Below are positions 1 to 6,453 of a DNA stretch of 11,454 nucleotides, piece by piece. This stretch comes from Pseudomonadota bacterium (GTDB lineage Bacteria; Bdellovibrionota_G; JALEGL01; DATDPG01): contig JAZDIZ010000164.1 in assembly GCA_043804515.1 (NCBI GenBank), positions 1 to 11,454 on the forward strand. Reading direction: 5' to 3'. The position numbers and the translations under genes were made by a program. The notes under the pieces are model-generated. The model was not told where the DNA came from. It did not search any database and worked only from the letters and a program-made list of their open reading frames with translations. Position 1 is the stretch's first letter, and each line of letters begins with the position of its first letter.

Positions 1-36
1 GGATACCGGATTACGGTGTCTGATACTCAGTTCAGC

Positions 37-65
37 TTGAGATTGCCCGCCCCCTCTGCTACGTG
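37..65 (+). promoter_or_regulatory. Putative sigma70 promoter with extended -10 for ispE
   Basis: TTGAGA (37-42), 17-bp spacer, TG at 57-58, TACGTG (60-65). Predicted +1 near 72 coincides with an in-frame GTG. Motif match only. Confidence 0.35.
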
Positions 66-71
66 GGCCGC

Positions 72-929
72 GTGTCGGCACCCCTGAAATCGCCCGCCAA
101 GATCAATCTCTGGCTCCGCGTGTTCGAGCGGATGCCATCGGGATACCACCGGATCGAGACGGGGATGCTCAAACTCGACCTGGCCGACGATATCGACCTC
201 CGAATCGGATCCGGTACCGGCATCCGGATTTCGGTTCCCGGATTCCCTGACCTCGAGACCGACGCCAACCTCGCGGTCCGTGCGGCCAAGGCCTATTTCG
301 AAGCGGCGGGGACGGATCGGTCGGTGGAAATCCGCATTACGAAGCGGATCCCCATAGGAGGCGGGCTGGGGGGTGGGAGCAGCGACGCGGGAACTGTCCT
401 GATGGCCTTGCAGAAGGGTCTGAAAGGCTTGGATCCCGTTCGGCTCCGTTCTATCGGCGCCGCCCTGGGAGCCGATGTGCCGTTTTTTATGGAATCGGCG
501 TCGTTTGGTCATGCGAAAGGCATCGGAGAGGATGTTTCGTTCGAAAAGGCCCCGCCGTCCCGTCCGGTCCTTCTGGTGAATCCCGGCTTCCCGGTATCCA
601 CGGCGGAGGCGTATCAGGCCCTCAACCGATCATTGACTTGGGAGGGACCTGATGGTAGTTCCTTCGCCCCTCAATCCGGGCCGAAAAACTGGCATGATCT
701 CGAGAGGTTAATGGCTTTCGGTAATGATTTGCAGGAGGTCGTTGAGCGTATCTACCCGGAGATTCGCGGGATTCGGGAAGGGTTGAGGGAAGCCGGGTCG
801 GTTTTCGCCCAGATGAGCGGGAGCGGCTCGACGGTTTTCGGCCTGTTCGATCGCGGTGAGCAAGCTGAGGCGGCGGTTTCGAAACTGGATCCACGCTGGA
901 AGGTGACCGTGACGGAAACTCTGGAATGA
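72..929 (+). CDS. ispE: 4-diphosphocytidyl-2-C-methyl-D-erythritol kinase (start GTG 72, or GTG 63)
   Basis: N-terminal SPAKINLWL and GYHRIET, GHMP-kinase ATP loop KRIPIGGGLGGGSSDA, LGADVPFF, GIGE, NDLQ and MSGSGSTVFG. Typical position before tRNA-Gln and prs. Confidence 0.97.
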   Translation: MSAPLKSPAKINLWLRVFERMPSGYHRIETGMLKLDLADDIDLRIGSGTGIRISVPGFPDLETDANLAVRAAKAYFEAAGTDRSVEIRITKRIPIGGGLGGGSSDAGTVLMALQKGLKGLDPVRLRSIGAALGADVPFFMESASFGHAKGIGEDVSFEKAPPSRPVLLVNPGFPVSTAEAYQALNRSLTWEGPDGSSFAPQSGPKNWHDLERLMAFGNDLQEVVERIYPEIRGIREGLREAGSVFAQMSGSGSTVFGLFDRGEQAEAAVSKLDPRWKVTVTETLE

Positions 930-939
930 TGAGTTTTCG

Positions 940-991
940 GTTGGAACGCGTTATTTTCCGTTCGAACGATCGGGAAAAATGCGTTTTCAAC
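940..991 (+). other. Long imperfect hairpin immediately 5' of the tRNA
   Basis: GTTGGAACGCGTTATTTTCCG (940-960) pairs with CGGGAAAAATGCGTTTTCAAC (971-991), about 20 bp with three G-U pairs and two single-base bulges. Confidence 0.5.
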
Positions 992-993
992 GT

Positions 994-1068
994 TGGGGCG
1001 TAGACAAGTGGTAAGTCAACGGGCTTTGGACCCGTCATTCGGAGGTTCGAATCCTCCCGCCCCAGCCA
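994..1068 (+). tRNA. tRNA-Gln(UUG)
   Basis: Acceptor stem TGGGGCG/CGCCCCA, discriminator G, encoded CCA. D arm GAC-AAGTGGTAA-GTC. Anticodon arm ACGGG-CT TTG GA-CCCGT. T arm GGAGG-TTCGAAT-CCTCC. Confidence 0.98.
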
Positions 1069-1089
1069 AATTTGGATGAGAAGAGAGAT

Positions 1090-2031
1090 ATGACGACCGA
1101 ATTAAAAGTTTTTGCGGGAAATTCGAACCGCCCCCTGGCGACGAAGATCTGCCAATACCTCGGGATTCCGCTCGGAAACGCCACCGTAAAGGATTTCTCG
1201 GACGGCGAAACGTGGGTGGAGATCGGGGATAACGTGCGCGGGAAAGACGTGTTCGTCATCCAGTCCACGTCCAATCCGGCCAACGATCACGTGATGGAGC
1301 TTCTGGTTCTCATCGACGCCCTCAAGAGATCCTCCGCGGACCGGATCACGGCGGTGATTCCGTATTACGGCTACGCGCGCCAGGACCGAAAGGTGGCTCC
1401 CCGCACGCCGATCACGGCGAAGCTGATCGCCGATCTCTTGGAAGCCGCGGGTGCGGACCGCATTCTTTCAATGGACCTCCACGCGGGCCAGATTCAGGGA
1501 TTCTTCAACATTCCCTTCGACCATCTCTATGCGTCCCCCGTTCTCATGCAATATTTCAAGACGATGGATTCGGACGGGCTGGTTGTGGTGTCACCGGACG
1601 CCGGCGGCGTGGAAAGAGCCCGGGCCTACGCGAAGAGAATCAACGCCTCTCTGGCGATCATCGACAAACGCCGGGAAAAGGCGAACGTCACGCAAGTGAT
1701 GAACGTCATCGGAGACGTGAAAGGGAAAGCGGCTGTTCTGCTCGACGACATCGTCGATACGGCCGGGACGCTCACGCAGGCCGTTCCGGAACTTTTGGAA
1801 CGGGGCGCGACCAAGGTGTACGCGCTGGCCACGCATGCCGTTCTCTCGGGACCCGCGATCGAGAGAATCGAGGCGTCCCCATTGGTCGGGATCGGGGTTA
1901 CGGACACGATCCAGCTCCATGCGCAGGCGCAGAAATGCAAGAAGATTTCGGTTTTTACGGTAGCCGAGCTGTTGGGCGAGGCGATCCGCCGGATCCACAG
2001 CGAGGATTCGGTCAGCACGTTGTTCATTTAG
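1090..2031 (+). CDS. prs: Ribose-phosphate pyrophosphokinase
   Basis: FSDGE, YYGYARQDRK, DLHAGQIQGFF, VSPDAGGVERA and the PRPP motif LLDDIVDTAGT. ATG 1090 follows purine-rich AAGAGAG and is preferred over TTG 1072, which abuts the tRNA. Confidence 0.98.
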   Translation: MTTELKVFAGNSNRPLATKICQYLGIPLGNATVKDFSDGETWVEIGDNVRGKDVFVIQSTSNPANDHVMELLVLIDALKRSSADRITAVIPYYGYARQDRKVAPRTPITAKLIADLLEAAGADRILSMDLHAGQIQGFFNIPFDHLYASPVLMQYFKTMDSDGLVVVSPDAGGVERARAYAKRINASLAIIDKRREKANVTQVMNVIGDVKGKAAVLLDDIVDTAGTLTQAVPELLERGATKVYALATHAVLSGPAIERIEASPLVGIGVTDTIQLHAQAQKCKKISVFTVAELLGEAIRRIHSEDSVSTLFI

Positions 2032-2041
2032 GAGAGGTTTT

Positions 2042-2866
2042 ATGGAAAAGCGAGAGTTGAAGGTGGAAATTCGGGAAGAATCGGGGAAGGGCGGATCCCG
2101 CCGCTTGCGCGCGAGCGATCGAGTGCCGGCGGTGTTTTACGGTCCCCATATGGAGGAGCCGATCTCTCTGGCCGCCGCGACGGTCGACGTTGTCCGCATG
2201 ATGCAACTCGGCGGCAACGTGCTGATCACTCTCAGAAGCCCGGATAAGAAAGTGGACGGAAAAACCGCGCTCATCAAAGACGAGCAGATCCATCCGGTGT
2301 CGGGGAAGCTTGTGCATGTGGATTTCATCGAGATCCGGATGGATGAGGAGATCAAAGTGGATGTCCCGATCCAGCTGGTCGGAAAAGCGAAGGGAGTGGT
2401 GGAAGGCGGAGTCATGCAGCAGATGGTGCGTGAGTTGGCCGTGCGCTGCCTGCCGGACAAAGTTCCCCAGGCGATCTCCGTGGATGTGAGCCACCTCGAA
2501 GTGGGCGAGTCCATCCACTTGAACGACGTGAAATTCCCCGATGGGGTGAAGGTGATCTCCACGATCAACTACACGATCGCGGCGGTGGTCACACCCGAAG
2601 AAGAGGTCAAGGAAGAGGTGCCGGTGACGGCTGAAGTGCCCGTCGAGGGCGCGGCGGCGGTTCCGGGCGCTCCCGGAGTCCCGGGTGCTCCTGCAGTTCC
2701 CGGCGCTCCTGCAATTCCCGGCGCTCCTGGCGCGGCTCCCGTTCCTGGAGCTCCCGTGGCAGCCGGTGCGGCCCCGGTGGCCGGAGGAAAACCAGCGGCA
2801 GGGAAAGCGGCCTCCGGAAAAGAAGGCGAGAAAAAGGGCAAGGGCAAGAAGCCTGAGGGAAAATGA
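2042..2866 (+). CDS. rplY: 50S ribosomal protein L25 / Ctc (long form) with low-complexity C-terminal tail
   Basis: GKGGSRRLR, VPAVFYG, QIHPVSGKLVHVDF, GVVEGG, VDVSHLEVGESIH. SD AGGAGAGG upstream. prs-rplY-pth synteny. Confidence 0.96.
   Translation: MEKRELKVEIREESGKGGSRRLRASDRVPAVFYGPHMEEPISLAAATVDVVRMMQLGGNVLITLRSPDKKVDGKTALIKDEQIHPVSGKLVHVDFIEIRMDEEIKVDVPIQLVGKAKGVVEGGVMQQMVRELAVRCLPDKVPQAISVDVSHLEVGESIHLNDVKFPDGVKVISTINYTIAAVVTPEEEVKEEVPVTAEVPVEGAAAVPGAPGVPGAPAVPGAPAIPGAPGAAPVPGAPVAAGAAPVAGGKPAAGKAASGKEGEKKGKGKKPEGK
2660..2758 (+). repeat. Coding tandem repeat, 18-bp unit encoding (V/I)PGAP(G/A/V)
   Basis: Four adjacent units (2660-2677, 2678-2695, 2696-2713, 2714-2731) and a fifth at 2741-2758, e.g. 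GTTCCCGGCGCTCCTGCA. Confidence 0.9.
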
Positions 2867-3462
2867 AGCTGGTTGTGGGGCTCGGAAACCCGGGGAGCGA
2901 GTATCGAGTCACGTTCCACAACGTGGGTTTCTGGTCCCTCGATCTCTTTCTCGCGAAACACCGCAAGAAGACCACGCATCGAAAACACGGCGGCCTCTAC
3001 ACCCGCGCGGAACTGTCGGGAGAAGAGTGGTATTTCTTAAAGCCTCTCTGCTTCATGAACCGGAGCGGGGAATGCGTCGCCCCGTTTGCCCGGGATTTGG
3101 GGCTTGATGCGGGCGATCTTCTCATCCTTCATGACGAAGCGGATTTCGGTCCCGGACGGATCCAGCTCAAACGAGGGGGGAGCAGCGGAGGGCACAACGG
3201 TTTGGAGTCGATCATCGCGCGCCTCGGATCCAACGATTTCTGGCGGTTGAGGGTCGGGATAGGGAAGGACCCCGGAAAGCTTCTGGCCGACTACGTTTTG
3301 GAAGAGATCCCTGAAGAAGCGGTCCGGCCCCTCGGCGAACACGGAGCCGAGGCCTTGGACGAGGTCGTCACCCACGGATTCGAAGCCGCGATGCAGACGA
3401 TCAACTCCCCGAAATTCCAACAGGTTTCGGAAGACGCCGAAGGGTTGCAAACACCCGGTTAA
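2863..3462 (+). CDS. pth: Peptidyl-tRNA hydrolase
   Basis: MKLVVGLGNPG, HNVGF, KP..FMNRSG, HDE.D, GGHNGLESI and RLRVGIG. ATGA overlap with the rplY stop. Confidence 0.97.
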   Translation: MKLVVGLGNPGSEYRVTFHNVGFWSLDLFLAKHRKKTTHRKHGGLYTRAELSGEEWYFLKPLCFMNRSGECVAPFARDLGLDAGDLLILHDEADFGPGRIQLKRGGSSGGHNGLESIIARLGSNDFWRLRVGIGKDPGKLLADYVLEEIPEEAVRPLGEHGAEALDEVVTHGFEAAMQTINSPKFQQVSEDAEGLQTPG

Positions 3463-3473
3463 CCTGTTAGAAG
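3445..3473 (+). promoter_or_regulatory. Putative sigma70 promoter with extended -10 for the rpsF-rpsR/rplI unit
   Basis: TTGCAA (3445-3450), 17-bp spacer, TGt-TAGAAG (3465-3473). The 10-mer CCTGTTAGAA recurs exactly upstream of dnaB. Confidence 0.55.
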
Positions 3474-3484
3474 CTCGCGCTTGT

Positions 3485-3530
3485 TTTCCTCGCTCCGGGC
3501 GGGTCCCGGGGCAAACCCACGAGGAGGTGG
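3485..3530 (+). promoter_or_regulatory. Candidate S6:S18 autoregulatory ribosomal leader
   Basis: TCCTCG (3487-3492) pairs with CGAGGA (3520-3525), covering the SD AGGAGG. Inner hairpin CCGGG (3495-3499)/CCCGG (3505-3509). CCC at 3516-3518 lies outside these two helices. The layout matches the known S6:S18 leader ahead of rpsF. Confidence 0.7.
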
Positions 3531-3531
3531 T

Positions 3532-4140
3532 ATGAGAGATTACGAAACCGTCGTCATTCTGAAGGCGGATGTTCCCGAGGCCACGCTCAAAGGCCTCATC
3601 AAGAAAATAGACAAGGTTTTGACCGGCAAGCCCGGAAAAATCATCAAGCACGAGGACTGGGGCCTTCGGACACTCGCGTACGAGATCAAACACGAGAAGA
3701 AGGGGCACTACCTATTCTGGACCTTCGCCCAGGTGCCGGCGGCGTTGGGGCCATTGGACCGGGCGCTCCGGTTCGAGGAGGGAGTCCTGCGTTACATGAC
3801 CGTGACGTTGGGAGAACACGGCAAGATCAAGGAGCCCAAGGTCCCCGAACCCATCATCAAGAAGCCGGAATCGGCCGATGAAGGGGATGATGGCAGGAGA
3901 GGCCCGCGCGTGGTGAAGATCGACTACAAAGATCCGATGACGCTTTCCCAGTTCATCACGGAGCGCGGCAAGATCGTGCCCCGGCGGAATTCACGCTTCA
4001 ACGCGAGGGAGCAGAGAGCCCTGTCGATGGCGATCAAGCGGGCCCGGCAGCTGGCGCTTCTCTCCTACACGAGGGGATATTCGGCCGTGCGCGAGGCAGT
4101 GCCCGTGCAACAGGAGACCGGAGGAGGGTATACGCCGTGA
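3532..4140 (+). CDS. rpsF-rpsR: Fused 30S ribosomal proteins S6 and S18 (202 aa)
   Basis: SD GAGGAGG then ATG 3532. S6 domain [10 protein letters not shown]...[20 protein letters not shown]...VLRYMTV (about 3532-3810). Charged/Pro linker. S18 domain IDYKD...[12 protein letters not shown]...QR...[13 protein letters not shown] (about 3916-4070). No stop codon between the domains. Confidence 0.93.
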   Translation: MRDYETVVILKADVPEATLKGLIKKIDKVLTGKPGKIIKHEDWGLRTLAYEIKHEKKGHYLFWTFAQVPAALGPLDRALRFEEGVLRYMTVTLGEHGKIKEPKVPEPIIKKPESADEGDDGRRGPRVVKIDYKDPMTLSQFITERGKIVPRRNSRFNAREQRALSMAIKRARQLALLSYTRGYSAVREAVPVQQETGGGYTP

Positions 4141-4586
4141 AAGTGATTCTTCTGGAAACGATGAGCAACCTCGGTTCCGTCGGCGAGATCGTGGACGTGA
4201 AACCCGGGTACGCGCGGAATTACCTTCTTCCCCTCAAAAAGGCCGCCTCGGCCACGGTGAGGACCGTTAAGCACGTGGAGCACCAAAAGCGGGTCGTCGA
4301 GCACAAGCTGGCCCGGTTGCGGGAGGCTTCCGAGGAACTCAAGAAGAAACTGGAGAAAGAGGGGATTCAAATCCGGCGTAAGGCGGGGGATCAGGAGAAG
4401 CTCTTCGGTTCGGTGTCGGCGCTGGACGTGGAGGCGTCGCTCCGGAACGCCGGGATCATCGTGAGCCGCAAGGGAATCCACTTGGAAGAGCCGATCAGGA
4501 AAGTAGGCACGTACAAAATTCCCGTGAAGTTGGACGGGGGCCTGGTAGCGCAAGTAACGGTGGAAGTCGTCGGCGACGCAGGGTAA
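4137..4586 (+). CDS. rplI: 50S ribosomal protein L9
   Basis: MKVIL...[27 protein letters not shown] and [18 protein letters not shown], with the GTG start overlapping the upstream TGA (GTGA). Confidence 0.98.
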   Translation: MKVILLETMSNLGSVGEIVDVKPGYARNYLLPLKKAASATVRTVKHVEHQKRVVEHKLARLREASEELKKKLEKEGIQIRRKAGDQEKLFGSVSALDVEASLRNAGIIVSRKGIHLEEPIRKVGTYKIPVKLDGGLVAQVTVEVVGDAG

Positions 4587-4592
4587 GGCGGG

Positions 4593-4692
4593 AAATTGGG
4601 GACACGTACCAATTAGAAAATTGCCAACAATATTGAACGCATGAACCGGCAAAATTTCTCGGGCCCGCGAAATTCGTACGTGTCCCCAATTT
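4593..4692. repeat. 100-bp intergenic element with perfect 17-bp terminal inverted repeats (REP-doublet/MITE-like)
   Basis: AAATTGGGGACACGTAC (4593-4609) and GTACGTGTCCCCAATTT (4676-4692) are exact reverse complements. Additional internal dyads are present. Confidence 0.85.
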
Positions 4693-4715
4693 GAGCCGTT
4701 GACCCATCTGCGATC

Positions 4716-4743
4716 TTGAGGTTTTCGGGCATCCTGTTAGAAC
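4716..4743 (+). promoter_or_regulatory. Putative sigma70 promoter with extended -10 for dnaB, possibly giving leaderless mRNA
   Basis: TTGAGG (4716-4721), 16-bp spacer, TGt-TAGAAC (4735-4743). ATG lies 7 nt downstream with no SD (CCCTGCC-ATG). Confidence 0.5.
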
Positions 4744-4750
4744 CCCTGCC

Positions 4751-6115
4751 ATGGTTTCGGAGTCGTCCCCGCGCCCTAAACTTCCTCCCCAAAATCTAGA
4801 GGCCGAGACATCGGTATTGGGTGCCCTGCTTCTGGACAACGAGGCCACCCACGAAGTCATCGAGATCCTTCATCCCGAGGATTTTTACCGCGAGACCCAC
4901 CGCCGGATTTTCGAAGCGATCCTTTCCCTGACGGACCGGAACGAGCCCGCCGACCTCGTCACGCTCTCCACGGAACTCAAGAAACAGAACACGCTGGATG
5001 ATATCGGAGGGCACGCGTACCTCGCGGAGCTCGTGGAGAGGGTCCCCACGGCCGCCAACGTGGCCCATTACGCCCGCATCGTCAAAGAGAAGGCGATCCA
5101 GCGCGAAGTGATCAATGCATGCACCGACATCATCTCGCGGGGTTACGAGGAGAGCGCCGACGTCGAGGAGTTCCTGGATCACGCCGAGAAGGTGATCTTC
5201 CAGGTTTCGGAACGCAGAATCACCAATGCTCTTGCGCCCATGTCGAGCGTCATCAAGGACTCGTTCAAGCAGATCGAGCGGAACTACGAGCGGAAAGAAT
5301 TGATCACCGGGCTGGCCAGCGGGTTCAAAGACATCGACAAGATCACGAGCGGATTTCAACCCTCGGATCTCATCATTGTCGCCGGGCGCCCGTCGATGGG
5401 GAAGACCTCTTTCGTTTTGAACGTGGCCCAATATGCCGCCCAGCATATCGGCGTGCCTGTAGCCGTGTTCTCTCTCGAAATGGCGCGGGAGCAACTGGCG
5501 ATGAGGATGCTCTGTTCCGGGGCCCGAATCGATTCTTCGCATCTCCGCTCCGGGATGATCGACGAGGAAGCCTGGATCCGCCTGACGCAAACGGCCGGGG
5601 AACTCTCCGAATCCAGTATCTTTATCGACGACTCTCCCCAGATCGGGACGCTGGAAATGCGGGCAAAAGCACGCCGGCTCCAAGCGGCAAAGGGCTTGGG
5701 CTTGGTCGTGGTCGATTACCCCCAACTGATGAGCGCCCGAGGGAGATACGACAACCGCGAGCGTGAAATTTCGGAAATATCCCGATCCCTCAAAGCAATG
5801 GCCAAGGAACTTCGCGTTCCGGTGATCGGTCTCTCGCAACTCAACCGCGGGGTCGAGTCGAGGCAGGATAAACGCCCCCAGATGTCGGACCTGCGCGAAT
5901 CGGGCGCCATCGAGCAGGACGCGGACGTCATCGGGTTCATTTATCGCGACGAGGTTTACAATCCGGAAACGCCGGACAAGGGCACGGCCGAAATCATCAT
6001 CGCGAAGCACCGCAACGGCCCGACCGGAACGGCCCGTCTCGCATTCCTTCCCCAATACACGCGTTTCGAGAACCTCGCGTTCCAGTACACCGGCGAGCCG
6101 GCCGAACAGGCCTAG
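4751..6115 (+). CDS. dnaB: Replicative DNA helicase
   Basis: LPPQNLEAE.SVLG, Walker A AGRPSMGKT, FSLEM, VVVDY(P)QLM, LSQLNR, DLRESGAIEQDAD and IIAKHRNGPTG. Normal length, no intein. Confidence 0.98.
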   Translation: MVSESSPRPKLPPQNLEAETSVLGALLLDNEATHEVIEILHPEDFYRETHRRIFEAILSLTDRNEPADLVTLSTELKKQNTLDDIGGHAYLAELVERVPTAANVAHYARIVKEKAIQREVINACTDIISRGYEESADVEEFLDHAEKVIFQVSERRITNALAPMSSVIKDSFKQIERNYERKELITGLASGFKDIDKITSGFQPSDLIIVAGRPSMGKTSFVLNVAQYAAQHIGVPVAVFSLEMAREQLAMRMLCSGARIDSSHLRSGMIDEEAWIRLTQTAGELSESSIFIDDSPQIGTLEMRAKARRLQAAKGLGLVVVDYPQLMSARGRYDNREREISEISRSLKAMAKELRVPVIGLSQLNRGVESRQDKRPQMSDLRESGAIEQDADVIGFIYRDEVYNPETPDKGTAEIIIAKHRNGPTGTARLAFLPQYTRFENLAFQYTGEPAEQA

Positions 6116-6422
6116 CCCGGATTATTCACAAAGGAAACGGCATATTTGCCGCATCTCTGCGTTGGGTACCTGCGCGCAGTCCTCATTGGCCTTTCAAGCC
6201 AACCTTCCGACAGCTTCATCGGGTCTGGCCCTACGCTAGCTCGGCCCATCCCCGTGAATCTGTATGGTCGGTGGTCTGTGCTCGGGTTTCCCGCGGGCTG
6301 TGCTCGGACTCGCCGGCTCGTCCTCGCGGCATTGGAGCCCTCCGCGGGAAACAAGCGCCTTGATCTGCGCCAAATCTGACCGTTTCGTAGTGACTCGAAG
6401 CATTTCATGAATAATGCGGGCT
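6114..6422. mobile_element. About 310-bp non-coding element with terminal inverted repeats and nested stems (MITE-like or structured RNA)
   Basis: AGCCCGGATTATTCA (6114-6128) matches the reverse complement of TGAATAATGCGGGCT (6408-6422) at 14/15. Inner stems: 6134-6140/6380-6386 (7/7), 6141-6153/6366-6378 (11/13), 6286-6296/6342-6352 (11/11). No transposase and no clear target-site duplication, so mobility is inferred. Confidence 0.6.
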
Positions 6423-6453
6423 GATTGATCAGCAAAGGATTAGGTGAGAGACG

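Noticed and set aside
1..87. Open frame from the window edge (GYRITVSDTQFSLRLPAPSATWAACRHP*) as the end of an upstream gene
   Set aside because: Too short, no recognisable motif, and it overlaps the ispE start and candidate promoter.
2660..2758. Tandem repeats as a CRISPR array
   Set aside because: They are in-frame coding repeats without unique spacers, and there are no cas genes in the window.
2911..2931. Pth TFHNVGF instead of the usual TRHNxGF
   Set aside because: The catalytic His, the Asn residues, the HDExD Asp and GHNG are all present, so this is probably ordinary divergence.
3481..3531. 17-aa N-terminal extension of S6 from TTG 3481 in the ORF track
   Set aside because: A strong SD precedes ATG 3532, MRDYE is the standard S6 start, and the region folds as a leader RNA.
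4796..6055. 419-aa antisense ORF, and other long overlapping ORFs across ispE, prs, rplY, pth and dusB
   Set aside because: Shadow frames of real genes in GC-rich DNA, with no recognisable motifs.
4751..6115. Intein in dnaB
   Set aside because: The 454-aa length is normal and the motifs are contiguous.
6420..6433. GCTGAT-TG-ATCAGC as an intrinsic terminator
   Set aside because: The loop is only 2 nt and there is no U-tract on the appropriate side for either strand.
6112..6435. 107-aa (-) and 77-aa (+) ORFs in the dnaB-regulator gap
   Set aside because: No SD or protein-like features. The nested inverted repeats explain the region better.
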